Positions 1 to 12,700 of a stretch of 64,000 bases of DNA are shown one piece after another (the first letter of the stretch is position 1; every line of letters starts with the position of its first letter). A program made the translations under genes and the position numbers. The notes beneath the pieces are model-generated. The model was not told the origin of the DNA and ran no database searches. It saw only the letters and a program-made list of their open reading frames with translations. The stretch is from Marsupella aquatica (Eukaryota; Plantae; Marchantiophyta), in NCBI GenBank assembly GCA_973895155.1, contig OZ316892.1:16046257-16110256 (forward strand), in the 5' to 3' direction.

Positions 1-1646
1 CCTTCATTCACCCTACCTGGGGTTCTGAAGCCACCTGGGAAAATACAATGCCATTCATGCTTGAGAACTACATATAGCAGAATGGATGACGGCAACATTC
101 AATGCTTCACTTCAAGAAAAATTCTTCAAACATACATACCTGTAGCTCTGCCTGTAGATGCCTGTGCAGGGACTGCACTCTGAAATTGTTGCGACCCTGG
201 ACCACCTGTCCAGCCTAGTACAGGGGCCGGATGATGTCACTTTCTAGGTATGTGTGTGCAAACATATGTACTGAAAACTAAGTACAAACTGTAAGAAAAC
301 AACTGAACATTCACCAACATACCTGTCCCCCTTCCGTGCTGCATCTGCATAGGGGCATTAGTGAATACTTGAGTCGATGGTTCGACTGTCCAACCTGCAC
401 ACATACATTTTCTATCATTATACATGTGCAGAGTCCCCCCCACGTGAATGGACTCCAGATATAATGAGTTCTTCCATTGCTGACAAGATCAGACATTACC
501 TGCCCCTCTTCCAGCATTTGTAGGTACTGAATTTTGATATCCCTGCCAATTACCTTCACCACCTTCCCAACCTTGTTCATTCCACGACCCACCACCATCC
601 TCCCAACCTGGTTCAACCCATGTCTGTCCTTGTGGACATTGGAACTGATCATTACTAGCATTTGCCCAATCAGGTTGGGCAGAATCTGCATGCAATGGCA
701 GGTGGACAAAATTTCATGTTGTCTGAATCCAATACATCCCAAACAATGTCAAAAATTGATATGCAGTCTGAAATTCAGGAGTGCCATGCCTTCACAAAGA
801 ACTGGCATATAGATATATACTCACATCCCCATGGTTGAGGTGGACGTCCATACCCACGAGATTGTGGGTTTGGACCTGCTCTGCCTCTACCACGGGCATA
901 ACCTAGAGCTTGCCCCCTGCCATAGTATTGGGCACCAGCCTGGGATCTACCACTACTACCACCTCGCCAACCTTGATCAGAGGTCAGCCCCCCCTGCTGG
1001 TATGGTGCATGCACAGGCTTCGAAGGCAAAACAGAACTGGCAGGACGCTGCATCACATCACCAACTACAATGTCAGGAACTAAACAAGGTACATATGTGT
1101 AGTACTGAACATATGAAACCTCTAAACAAGAGTTTTTAACTCAAAACCTTGTTGGGAAAACTACTTACCTGTTTCTTTTGGGGCTGCTCTGCAATGTATT
1201 CATCTTCATAACCCCCATCCTCATCCATTTCCTCTGGAAAATACTCATCATCTGCATCTTCTTGTCTAGTGTCTGCACCCACCTGTGCAGCATCAATGTC
1301 ATCTCCACATTCTGCCATTGTAGGTACGACCTTCTTGCTCAACCTGTCACTCTGACGCACAGGCCCAGAGATAGTGCTGGTCACCCTTCTTGCGTACTCC
1401 TTTTGTTTCTTTGAAAATACTGTGGCTCTGCGACATTCCAATATGAGAATACAGTCACAATTTCAGTGCCACATTGAACTATTCATGTCACACAAACTCA
1501 GCGGAGGGGTGTAGTTGAGAATCGTTCCCTTACAATTCAGCCACATCCTTTTCCAGATCCAGTTCTGCGATTTTGGCTTTCACGTATGCTCGTTGTTCCA
1601 TAGCTTTCCTTTCATACTCACACATCTCTGTGTCACTCTGTTCCAT
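1..1646 (-). CDS. CACTA second gene (TnpA/ORF2-like), multi-exon, continues off-window
   Basis: First exon MEQSDTEMCEYERKAMEQRAYVKAKIAELDL resembles the N-terminal 'EYER..I..L' motif of CACTA ORF2 proteins. Further low-complexity exons at about 1170-1440, 825-1075 and 500-690 have GT/AG-type borders and lie downstream of the transposase. Confidence 0.5.
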
Positions 1647-1802
1647 CCTACTGGACCACAAAAACATGTCATCTATGATCACCCCGTATAACACAATGCA
1701 ACCACAATCACCAGGCATCCATCCATACATCTGTGTTGCTTCAGAATTACTTTATTACACATCCTTCCCCTCACTAATGTCCATGCAAACAATTCACATT
1801 AC

Positions 1803-4800
1803 TCATGGCACAGGCACACTGTTGGCATCTGCATCTTTGAATTCGCCTCCTTCAGCAAATGCATCTACCCTTGTCACAGGAATGAAGTCCCCGCTATCAT
1901 GAACTACGGGCACTTGGTCTGAACGCCGACGATCAAAGGCACTATGAGAGTGTAAATGAAACTCAAGGTTTGATCCTTCCATCCGACGTTGCCTGGCCTG
2001 TTTATGACACACTACACGCCAACCTGGGGAGTCTTCCACATCCAGGAAGAAAGCTTGCTCCACCTGACTAGGAAACACAAATGGCTCAGACCATTCGGGC
2101 AATTTCCCTCTGAAATTGGCCAGCAAGAAACTGTCGTTGTCTCTCTTCATGGTAGCCCTGTTACCAAGCCAATCCTACCGCACCCATGAACCTTTCATAA
2201 GAATCATAGGACTGGACACCGCCCCATAGTCCAGAGCCCATATGTCAACTAATTCTCCCACATATCCCATCTCCATCCAGGCCCTGTCGTGATTGTGGCT
2301 CTGTTGCTCAAATACAGTGATGAGCCCGCAGTCATTCGTCACCCTGTAGGCACTGTCACCATCCTTCACTCGAAAGTGATTCCCATATGCTCTCATCCGT
2401 TTGTAAGTCTTCACTTTCAGGCTAGGGGCATTAGACAGTAGGTAAACATCTGCATCCATGTCTGGGTGGGTCTCATGATGCTCTCTAATTGCCACTCTGA
2501 TCCACTCCATGAAACCTGGAAAAGTTGTTCCTGCAGTGGGATGGGCCGCCTTCAATGACTCATACTCCCTGAACGAACAATCACACAGCATTAGCTTGGG
2601 TAAACATGAACAGGCTGAAGGAGAAAACCACACGAACACAACATTTAAGCTCATGAACTGGATTATAGCACATGTATGCACTCACTGTATCCAGGGTTCC
2701 ATCACCACAGTGTTGTGCAATACAAAGTCATGTGCCAAGTCTCTCATAGATATGGTCAGGTTCTTTGTGGTTGCAGCCCCTTCCAGTACTTCACCTATCA
2801 CCCCTTCCTCCTCATCAGAATTCCACACCCTGGTCTTCACATGCTCATATTGTGCTATGTATTCGGTCAGAAATCCTAGAGTCTCATCCTTGATGTAACC
2901 TTTAGCCATGCTTGCTTCAGGTTTGTAATATGTTCTCACGTGACCTTTGAGTAGCTTCATGTACCGTTCCAAAGGGTACAACCAACGAGCACTCACAGGT
3001 CCAAATTGGTGTAGCTCTTCCACAACATGGACAAGTAGGTGGGTCATGACATCAAAAAATGTGGGAGGAAAATAAATCTCCAGGTCACACAGCACCTGAG
3101 CGACATATTCTGTCAGTTATGGGAAGTGTGTTTCATCCCAAACCTTCACACAAATACGACGAAACACATCACTGAGTCGCATGATCACAGTACGAACAGG
3201 CTTCTGCAACAGGCCCCTCAGGCATAAAGGCAACACCTGTTGCATCAACATATGGTAGTCATGGCTTTTCATACTACCAAGCTTTCTAGTCATGATATGC
3301 TTCTTGAAAGCACTGCCATAGTTTGAAGGAACCTTCAAAGAACTCAACCTCTGCACAAATAGTTTCCACTCTGTGTCTGTCAGAACATAGGGCGCTTGGT
3401 ACTTCAAGAGCACATCAGCTCTGTGGGCATGTGGCCTCAACCAAAGATGGGGTTTCATTCCCCTCTGTTCAAGATCCAATCTCACTGAACCAGTGTCTTT
3501 CTCTCCACACAAGAATCTGAGTAGACTCTCACAAATATTCTTTTCAATGTGCATAACATCAATGTTATGTTTGCTTGGCTCAAACTCCTGCATCGTTGCA
3601 ATGCAAAAGCGTTAGGAAATGCCTCAAGTTTAGTCTCTCTCTTCGAAATGAATGCACATGCTCTGAACCAAAACATGTATCCCAATTAGCATCAACTCCA
3701 AGAGGCTTACCCTCCAGTACTTGAGCTCCAAGTCCAATATGCTCAGTCTTTTTACACCATATCGCTTTATTGGATCACTCACTCCATCTTCCCTGCCCCC
3801 TCGTTTGATATAGTCATCCCTCAGTGCTCCCCACTGCCTGATCTCCTCTTTGGTCACTCGTGCCGGGGGTCCACGTTGCTCAATCTCATTGCCAAAGTGT
3901 GCAATCAGTGCCTGTCTTTCTCTGTAAGGGTGATCTGCCTTCAGAAAACGACGATGGCCCATGTATATCACTTTCTGCAGGGCTCTGGAGTACTCACTTG
4001 TGACATTGCGCCCACAGATAGTACAAGCACAATATCCTTTTGTTGTTTGGCCTGATATCATCCCATGGGCTGGGTAGTCAGCTATAGTCAGAATGACAAT
4101 GGCTCTAAGGATGAATGGGTTTAACCTCCCAAGCCTCTGTAGGACATCATATGTGAGAACTCCTTCCTCCCAAAGCTTTCTCAATTCCTCCACTAGGGGA
4201 GCCAGAAACACATCTATGTTGGCAGATACAGCACTGTCTGGCCCTAGTATCAGTAGGACCATCAGAACAAAAAATCGCTTTGTAGTCATCCAAGGAGGAA
4301 GGTTATAATTCAAAATAGTTACAGGCCAGCATGAAAATTTGTTGTTCTTGTCTCCAAATGGGTTTACCCCATCCAATGACAGCCCAAGTCTGACATTCCT
4401 CGGCTCAGCAGCAAATTCAGGATACATCTCATCTATGAGTTTCCATTGCCTTGAATCTGCAGCATGTCGTTGTAGCCCATCATCACTTTTCTTGTCAGTT
4501 GCCCAAGTCATCATCTTCGAGATGGCACGGCTTCTGAACATCCGCTGAAGTCTGGGAATGAGTGGAAAATGACGAAGTACCTTGGCGGGAACCATAGACT
4601 TTCCTGAGTTCCGATACCTGTGCTTCCCACACTTAGGGCATGTCAACGATTCTTTATACTCCTTTCTGAAAAGAACATGCCCATCAGGACAGGCATGGAT
4701 CGAATCATAGTTCAATCCAAGATTAGATATGCATCTTTTTGCCTCGTACATGTTCTTGGGCAAAATATTACCATCTGGTAGCACAGTTGTTCGCAAGAAT

Positions 4801-5534
4801 GCCAACAACTCAGAAACCAAAATGTTGGGGACATTGTGGTTGCCGCAAATGTTCAGGAACATGATGACAAATCCCAGTTTAGAACATTTGCTACCGGGGT
4901 ACAAAGACTTCCTGCCTTCCTGTATTTGCAGGGGAGAGCCAAACATCCCATCATGCCCAGGGGTTTCCTGCCCTATCTCAAACTCATCAAGAGGCTCTTC
5001 GACAGGGGGCACACTTGCATCTGCAACCGTATCCTCTTTGTTGTCCAGCCCATCATGAAATGCATCCAAGTCTTGGAAGATGTCTCTCACCATCTCTTCC
5101 ACATGAATTCCTTCGTCACGTGGTGCTGCCTGAGCACCATCCCGTTGGAGAGCTGACAACCCACAGAGACCAGCTACAACATTTTCAAATGCACCAGGCA
5201 GAACCTCACTTGCCCGTCTTGCAGCATTGGCAGCATCAAATTCTAACCTCCACTCCTCGTCGGAAGAATCTTCCTCTACAGGATCATTCCAAACTCGATG
5301 TCGTGGATCTCTTCCATGAACGGCGATATGCCGCCAAACCTCATTCAGACCCCTGGTACGGGATCCTTGGCAGATTGCACAAGGACATCTCATCCTACTG
5401 GCTCCTGAAAGTCTGGTTCGTAACCTTTCACGCTGCCAAAGCTTATTATCATGGCGTGATATCCTTGTGGGATGATGCAAAGGCAGTGCCTGTGCCCTGG
5501 GCTGGGTTTGGGGAGGGTGGTGACCAGGGTGCAT
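1803..5534 (-). pseudogene. CACTA TnpD transposase (Transposase_21 with DUF4218/DUF4216-like regions), two premature stops
   Basis: Motifs IHACPDGHVLFR, LRHFPLIPRLQRMF, RNVRLGLSLDGVNPFG, IADYPAHG, IDVMHIEKNICES, MKSHDYH, FFDVMTHLLVH, WLYPLERYMKLLK, EPFVFPSQVEQAFF. Introns at about 3588-3710 and 2569-2685. In-frame stops at 3117-3119 (TAA) and 2175-2177 (TAG). Confidence 0.92.
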
Positions 5535-6066
5535 TGTAACAGGCTGGAAGCTCTGCAATCATGGACAGCAGTGAATAGGGATGCCTAATAGTGGTATTTG
5601 TGTTCCATATATCCCTGACTGTATGTGCCAAAAGAGTTAACATAACGTGTAATAAATTCTCACAAACCCTAAACCACCCCAAAAGAAAAAAACAGGTTTG
5701 CGAGTAGTGTACCTATTGTCAAGTGAATGACACAAAATTCCTCAATGTTTGAGGGTGTCACCACCTCCACAACTGTCCTCAAATGTACCGCCTCTGCATG
5801 TACACCCATGACCATATCAGAGTCCAATCATGTATAGTCATAGGCATAGGTGTGAGAGCGGTATCAGATATCTCACCGCCGAGATTTGAGCCCACCCAGT
5901 ACGTTTACAGTGACACCCCCAGGCAGCAGGAAACAACAATCCGCCAACAGTAAAATAAGCCCAACTGCCACCAACCATAACAAGGTACATTAGTTCAAAG
6001 ATCACATTTATTTCAATGATCTGATTTATACAAAAAAACTTGTGTCCAAACTGATGCTACTACTCC

Positions 6067-6945
6067 TCACTCTGATTCAGAATCGCTAATGACCCATTCC
6101 TCACTTGTTGTCTCATAGTCCTCTCTGTAAGGATCCTGACCCTTCCGTGGCCAGGCCTCAAAAAGATTATAGTCCATTGGGTTTTGACACTTCCCAGCTG
6201 CTACTGATTCCACAAGCCAAGCATATGAAACCACAAACACATTATGGGACATGACATAAAAGCGAATGTCTCCCTTCCCAAACTTGCGGCAGGCTTTGGG
6301 ATATGACTTAGTAATGACATGAGTGGTGTCCTCTGTTATATTCTCCTCAACTGTCCCACCTAGGTCAAGCACCGTGGACTTGTACACTTTGCACTTAACC
6401 TCTCCAATTCCCGCCTCCACAAATACCATGCTCAGCCCTTTCAGAATGGGGGTTGGTTGCTTCGTCTCCTCAGCCAACATACTCTTTAGCCTTCTAGAGC
6501 TCTGTCCTTTGTTGAGTACAGGTCCATATTGGACATCAGCAAGCCGTGCCTTTGCTTCCCAGACTTCTTGTTCAGCCCAAGCTGATGCAGTAGCTTCTTC
6601 ATCCTCCCACAGCTCATATTGCTCAGTATCCTGTACAATCTGATGTGCCATGGAATCTGTGATCCAAGAGGCCTCAACTACTTTTAGGCCTTGCTTAGTA
6701 ATTGCAGAATTCATGTAGGACCATGACCACTTCTTTATCACTGATAGCCATGTCCCTGCAACAACATGTGTAGTCTCTGGAGTGATGTCCTGAACTACAG
6801 TGCCATGGAGCTCAGAGAATCGTTTCTGTACAATTGGCCAATGCACTTTGGTCAACCCATGCTGGCCATGGACCAAAATGGCTCTGACCCCTGTAAACAC
6901 TGCTGGGTGGTCACACTTTCTACGTTTCCCAGGCTCCATGTACAC
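6067..6945 (-). CDS. Tandem BRCT-domain protein (DNA polymerase lambda-like BRCT) inside the CACTA element
   Basis: Intact 292-aa ORF with two repeats of the BRCT pattern: FTGV..LHGTVVQDITPETTHVV..VVEASWITDS and LKGL..LGGTVEENITEDTTHVI..VVSYAWLVESV. The second resembles the plant Pol lambda N-terminal BRCT. Basic N-terminus PGKRRK. Confidence 0.8.
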   Translation of the reverse strand: MYMEPGKRRKCDHPAVFTGVRAILVHGQHGLTKVHWPIVQKRFSELHGTVVQDITPETTHVVAGTWLSVIKKWSWSYMNSAITKQGLKVVEASWITDSMAHQIVQDTEQYELWEDEEATASAWAEQEVWEAKARLADVQYGPVLNKGQSSRRLKSMLAEETKQPTPILKGLSMVFVEAGIGEVKCKVYKSTVLDLGGTVEENITEDTTHVITKSYPKACRKFGKGDIRFYVMSHNVFVVSYAWLVESVAAGKCQNPMDYNLFEAWPRKGQDPYREDYETTSEEWVISDSESE

Positions 6946-7531
6946 ACACCCTACGTGATGACAGTGAATTTTGGAAGAATGGGTTCACCTGACAATACAA
7001 GGACAACAAAATTCCTGCTTTTTGAGTTGATCTGGCCCACTGGTGCTCAGGTCCGATTTTGATAGGTACAAGGGATATGTGAACAATATGTACTAGGCAC
7101 CTGCACGGATGCAGGACATTGTTTGAATATATACTACAAAATCCATATCGAAGGTGAAATGAAGTGCAACCAACTTGTCATGGCACATACATATTTTGTT
7201 GTAAAGGAGGATACGTTCAATGACAAACTTATAGGGCAATTTGATTAATCGCATGCCTAATAATTTATATGCTTACAACTTAGAAGTCCTGTTTTAATTT
7301 AGCAGTTTGATGAAAGTGTTTATGAAAATGACCACTCAGCCTAAATACTTCCAAGAAGGCTTGTAAGGATAAGTTTTTATAGGCATGTACCCAGCCACTG
7401 ACGCCAGAGCACAAGATAAGTGCTGCCTATATAAACTCGCCTACCCAACTCCTTTTCAAAATTGGAATCTCTGCAATCTCAAAAAATAGTACATCCACAT
7501 CAGGTGCACTGTGCATGTACAATGTTCAGCT

Positions 7532-8212
7532 TCACAGCCAAGATATGTGATCTCTCACAGGAGTGCGCGAGGTAGGATCAATGGCATGGCGATGACAATA
7601 AAATATCCATCGATCAACACCATGTGCAGAGTGATCATAGATTTCTCTATCACAAGCATAACCCTCTGCTTGACGATCTTTCAGGCAATGATAGTGCCAC
7701 ATGGTGGGACACCTAGCACAGTGGACTATGTCAGTCCAGTACTCATGATCATGCTCACCACATGCCTTGCACCTATGAAGTGGGCAAGCTGTGGCATGAG
7801 CAGGCAAACACTCAAAATAGAAAAATCTCACACAAAAATGGTCTGGACATTTCCTAACATTTGTTGCAGCATCAACAGAGCCCTCATAGGACCCCAACTT
7901 CCCACATTGTGCACACTTAGCCTGCTTCTCCAAACAATCAGTGCACATCCAGTCTCCCTGGTGTGTTGACGGGAGGCCCACCCTTGGACAGTTGTTTTCT
8001 GCAGCAAGGTCAGACTCCGGGTTGAGGTGGAAATGCCTCATGCAAGGGCCCTCACAAATGACCAGGCCCCCACCATCATCACAAATGGCACAACAATGAG
8101 CTGCCTTCTGGAAAATCTGACTTGCAGAGAAGTTAGTAGCATCTGCCCCAAGTACACCTGTGTTTCTCACCTCTGTCACACGCTTTTTGGCTTGAATTTT
8201 AGGTCGTGCCAT
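7532..8212 (-). CDS. Stand-alone EDM2-type composite PHD-finger protein inside the CACTA element
   Basis: Intact 226-aa ORF: CAICDDGGGLVICEGPCMRHFH...WMCTDC...CAQCGKLGS...CPLHRCKAC...CARCPTMWHYHCL...FYCHRHAID...TPVRDH. This is collinear with the EDM2 PHD module (CAICDNGGE..CEG.C.RSFH...CPLHKC..C...CRRCP..YH..CL...YC..H.ID....TPVRDH). Confidence 0.85.
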   Translation of the reverse strand: MARPKIQAKKRVTEVRNTGVLGADATNFSASQIFQKAAHCCAICDDGGGLVICEGPCMRHFHLNPESDLAAENNCPRVGLPSTHQGDWMCTDCLEKQAKCAQCGKLGSYEGSVDAATNVRKCPDHFCVRFFYFECLPAHATACPLHRCKACGEHDHEYWTDIVHCARCPTMWHYHCLKDRQAEGYACDREIYDHSAHGVDRWIFYCHRHAIDPTSRTPVRDHISWL

Positions 8213-8223
8213 GCCTGCGCATG

Positions 8224-8367
8224 AGATAGACTCTACAGTTTAGCAGACTGCACAGAAAGTAATATATATTTAGCATTTAAGGTACAAAGGCATTTAGATA
8301 GACTCTACAATTTAGCAGACTGCACAGAAAGTAAAATATATTTAGCATTTAAGGTACAAAGGCATTT
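8224..8367. repeat. 72-bp direct tandem duplication (2 copies)
   Basis: agatagactctaca...ggtacaaaggcattt occurs at 8224-8295 and 8296-8367 with two substitutions. Confidence 0.9.
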
Positions 8368-8984
8368 GCTACTGCAATGAATTGGAATGGCCACACAAGG
8401 ATGCAGAGCAGACATACTTTTGGTATGTTGAGCCCACACACAAACCTGATCCCCTAATACAATTGCTCCACCAACACCTCAATTTTAATTGTGGCTATGA
8501 TTCACCAAAGGAGATCTGCAACAACATTTCATGCATTTGAATCACATACAATAGTCGTGACATGTAAAACGCGCATTCTTCGAAGAGGATTGGTATGAAG
8601 CAGTGTCATAAGGGTTGAAATTTATACATCCTAAATAGGCTATGATAGTGGCTGAGACAAATAAGTGATGCATAAATCACATTTTACAGGTTATCACATG
8701 GCCCATTAATTCATTGAACGTTGCAATGTTCACCAGGTTAAAGCAGTCATGAAAGCAGTCTTTCAATAGAGACTTTTATGCGAGTTTGCTAGCCTCTTAA
8801 ATTAGGATATTTTGCCTAGTGCAGGCATAATAGGATATAAGTTATGTACTGTTGACCCTAAACCCTGGACCCAAAATTGCTCATACATCAAAATTTTAAG
8901 TAAATATCCTCTGTGTTGAAGTCAAAGTGTTAAGCTATAGGTCAATGGTATCTGGTCTGTGCATGCGGTGTGACAAGTGGTCCT

Positions 8985-9435
8985 CTAGAGCATGTGATCC
9001 AAACATGTGTAGACACCAAAGTCACCGGTGGTGGGGTCTGGGAGGGCAGGACAAGTGACATCACCAGGCACACTGCAGGATGGCGAGTGATTCCAGATGA
9101 TACATTGTGCTCTGTGCAAAAATCAGCATCCAAGAGAACGGTCATCCAATTTTGGGCCAGAAGCCCTACAGGCAGGACAATCATATTGGCAACTGTGTAC
9201 ACACCCTTGGCACCTAATTTGTGACGGGTCATGTACAAGAGACACAAATACCAAGGATGTCGGGAATCGTACTGAAGCAGGTAGAGGCCGGCTGTAGTTG
9301 TTCCTGGAAACAACAGGGTACTCAAAGTACCATGCAGACTAGGCTGGAAGGATCCCAAGTCTGACATACTCAAGGCGCAACATGTCTGCCTTGCGTGCAA
9401 GTCGCACATGTTCAGCGTTGCGGGTCCTCACCATA
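8985..9435 (-). pseudogene. Decayed Cys/His-rich (zinc-finger-like) ORF inside the CACTA element
   Basis: Manual translation of a frame not in the ORF track: ...QIRCQGCVHSCQYDCPACRASG...GC*FLHRAQC..WNHSPSCS...TC...FGVYTCLDH, with internal TAG and TGA stops. Confidence 0.4.
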
Positions 9436-10442
9436 AGTGTTGCTTTCGTTGTGATGTCCTCTGTTCACATCCTTTGATGAGCAAGGTGAGCAGGAGGTCG
9501 ACTTGCCTCGCCAATAGCAACCACCTAAACTAATCAGTTCTCACTCATTGTCTTGGTTCCAACTACAGGTCATAGTATACACATAGCATGAAACGTGCAT
9601 AGTACATATTTGATTCTGAGTTTATGAGTTTCCTAAGACAAAGAGCTTGGTGATAAACCCATATTCTCGACGGACATGTATATCAATCGTATTAAAATCC
9701 TGTTTTTTCATCCAGAAAGACCGAAAGTCTCACCTTGCAGGTTGCAGCAGAGAGAAAATTCACTGGTTGTCGTGTTGTGCAAGTGAACCTCCACTGATGC
9801 CCCCGGTGTAGCCCCTCAGATGCAGGTGACACTTACCAACTCCCAAGTTGCCTGGTCTAACAGAAAATGCTTATATCTTCAGAACTTTATAGAGCAAGTA
9901 CATGATCACATACTTCTGGATCTATTCATATTTGGAACTCTTGCCAACTACAACTCCCATTATGCACAAGCTCACATCAACAGAGAAAGATACAGAATGC
10001 ATACTTACTAGGCTCTAAGCACCTTCACTACCTTGTTGAACCCAGTCCTGAAGTCTTTTCAGCGTGTTTGTTGTGTTGTCTCCTTTGGCACCCAACACCT
10101 TAGTCCTTGATGTAACAGAATGCAATTTTACAAGTTAGATGCTTTGGAACCTTCTATGGTCTTAGCTGAATTGATGTCATCGTAAGTGGTGAAAGACAAG
10201 GAAGACGAAAGCTGGTTGAAGAGCTGTAGACAACACACTAGCATGAAGTGCTTCAACCAATCCACTGCCAAACGGAACTCTTACACAGTCACATTCTTTC
10301 AGTAAACAGAAACTCAGTCAAACTTCATAATCAAAGTACAGACTCTGAAGGACCAAAGGAGGATGTTGTGAGTTTCTCTGTTGTTTAATGTGTTACCCTT
10401 CTAGTTTCGAAGTTAGCAAATGCTGAATAATGTGTCTACCAG

Positions 10443-10784
10443 ATCTTCGAAAAGAAGCCCACCACAATTAAGAACTTCGGTATCTGGGTGAGGTATCAGA
10501 GTCGTACAGGTTATCCCAACATGTACAAGAAATATCGTGATACCACATTGAACATCGCTGTAGAGCAGATGTATGATGAGATGGCTTCTTGTCGTAGAGT
10601 TTGGTTCCCTTGCATCCAGATCATCAAGACTACGACAGTCCCTGTCTCTCTGTGCAAGCGAGAAAGTACCAAGCAGTTCCATGATTCAAAGATCAAGTTC
10701 CCCTTGACGTACCGCAAGATTCAACCTCCATCGCGAAAGCTAAAGACGACTTACAAGGCCACCAAGCCCAACACATTTGTTTGA
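10443..10784 (+). pseudogene. RPL18A: Captured last exon of 60S ribosomal protein L18a (eL20)
   Basis: After the acceptor ctaccag: [49 protein letters not shown]...CIQIIKT...[33 protein letters not shown]. No upstream exons seen; several conserved residues are substituted (e.g. GYHN to GYPN). Confidence 0.88.
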
Positions 10785-12479
10785 GTAGTGCGGGTGCAGG
10801 TTCCCAATTTTGAAACAATTTGGCTCATTTTATGTCCCGAGGGACTCCAGGAGTTTATGTATTGAGTTTCTAGGTCAGGATGCTTAATATAAGGAAATTC
10901 AATTTTCACTTCGTTCCCAGCTTCTACTAATTGAATATACACGAGATGGAAGCAAGAAGATAAGCCACAATCTAGCATCTTAGCCAAACACATTCGTCCC
11001 GACAAAGCAAAACTACAATCACACAGTGCGAGTTGTGTCTGCACCGGCACCCCCAGTGAGACTGATCAGCATTTGGACTGCATCATTGTCTAGAGCTAGC
11101 AGTGGAAGGTGCAGTGGAGATAGCATGGGGACAGGGAAGGAAATGCAGGTTCCTTAAGCATAAATTTCCAAAAATGGAACAACAGGAAATGAAGAATAGG
11201 CACTGAAGTGGTCAACTAGACAAACGTTGTAACAAGGCAGCAAGCATTGGATTAAGAAGAAGCAAGGTTTCATCAGCAGAAGCAAGGTTTCATCAACAAT
11301 GGCATTGTGAGACAAACCACTCCTTACAAATTTCTACAGACATCCTCCCCACTTGCAGCTTCTCGGCCAGGCTGGATTTCTTGTAAGAGAGGTTTCTTGT
11401 AAGAAAGATTTCATGTTTGGTGAGGAAAGATAAAAAAGCAACTGATCAATGCCTTCTTGTCATCTAGAAGAGCTGGATGCAGCCCTGTCTCACATTTAAT
11501 GTTAAACTGAATGAAAGACATTATGCGCATGCACAAAAGAAAGACATGAATATAATTAAGGTAGGTTTTAAGGAGCGGAGTCAGCAGTCAGACTTAGAAA
11601 GTTCAAATTGAAGCGCCATTAGTTTGGCGTGGTCAAGAGTAAATAAATGTTGGTCAGGGATACTCACCTCTTTTGAATGTATTACTGACTCAGCTAAGCC
11701 CAGCTAGACAGAAGTCACTCAGACCCACAAAAAAGTGAAGATCCACCTCCAAGCCGGAGCTCTATCACTTCAGTAGAGCAGCTTCTGGACGGAACCAACT
11801 CTAATCAGCCCCACAGAACACAAATGTTAAGGTTCCAAGTCAGAGCTCACTTCAGCCGAGGTGGACATCGCAGCTAGACCATTCAGTATAGGCAGTATGG
11901 AGCCTGAGACTACGCTCATTGTTCAGAATTGAGGTGATGAAAGTGAGTTGGCATCAGTGGATACAATGAGAGGGGAAAAAATTCTGACCAAATCGCACCT
12001 CTATAATCAGAGAGGTTCTATTTCCAGGGAACTCATTCATTGACCAGAGTAATATGGCCCACATTTAATTAGACTATGATAGACTCTTCCTCTGCAGACT
12101 CAAACTCGAGGAACCCCCACGGATGCCAGCATATACACGAGCTAGAAGCAAGAAGACAAGTCGCAATCTAGCATCTTGGCCAAACACATTCTTCCTGGCG
12201 ATAGTAACTGCAAGCAAGGGGGAGACAGGGAGAACAAGGAGAATAGGGAGGCAACTCACAATGGAGCTAGGTAGCTCATGATCAAGCAACTTGCAATTGC
12301 AGCAACAGTAGTCTTAGTAGCAAGCGATTGAGCTCCAGGAAATGACAAAGCCGCAGCTGAGTCCTCAACTGACAAAATGTTCGCCACTCGACCCTCCTTC
12401 CAACTGCAACCGCCAGATAGTAGGAATAAGATAGAGAGGTTGCAGCCTTCTCAGTGATCCAATAGCACCTCTCTTACCA

Positions 12480-12700
12480 CCTCCGCTCTTAGCACATCCG
12501 CTCGCACCCTCCGCTCGCACCTCCGCTCTCAGCACCTCCTTTGGCACCTGAGCCGCTCTCAGCACCTCCGCTCGCACCTCCGCTTGCACCACCTCCTTTG
12601 GCACCTGAGCCGCTCTCAGCACCTCCGCTCGCACCTCCGCTCGCACCACCTCCTTTGGCACCTGAGCCGCTCTCAGCACCTCTGCTCGCACCGCCGCCCA
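12480..12700. repeat. GC-rich 57-bp minisatellite (about 3 copies) built from gcacctccgctc 12-mers
   Basis: ttggcacctgagccgctctcagcacc recurs at 12541, 12598 and 12655. Confidence 0.9.
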
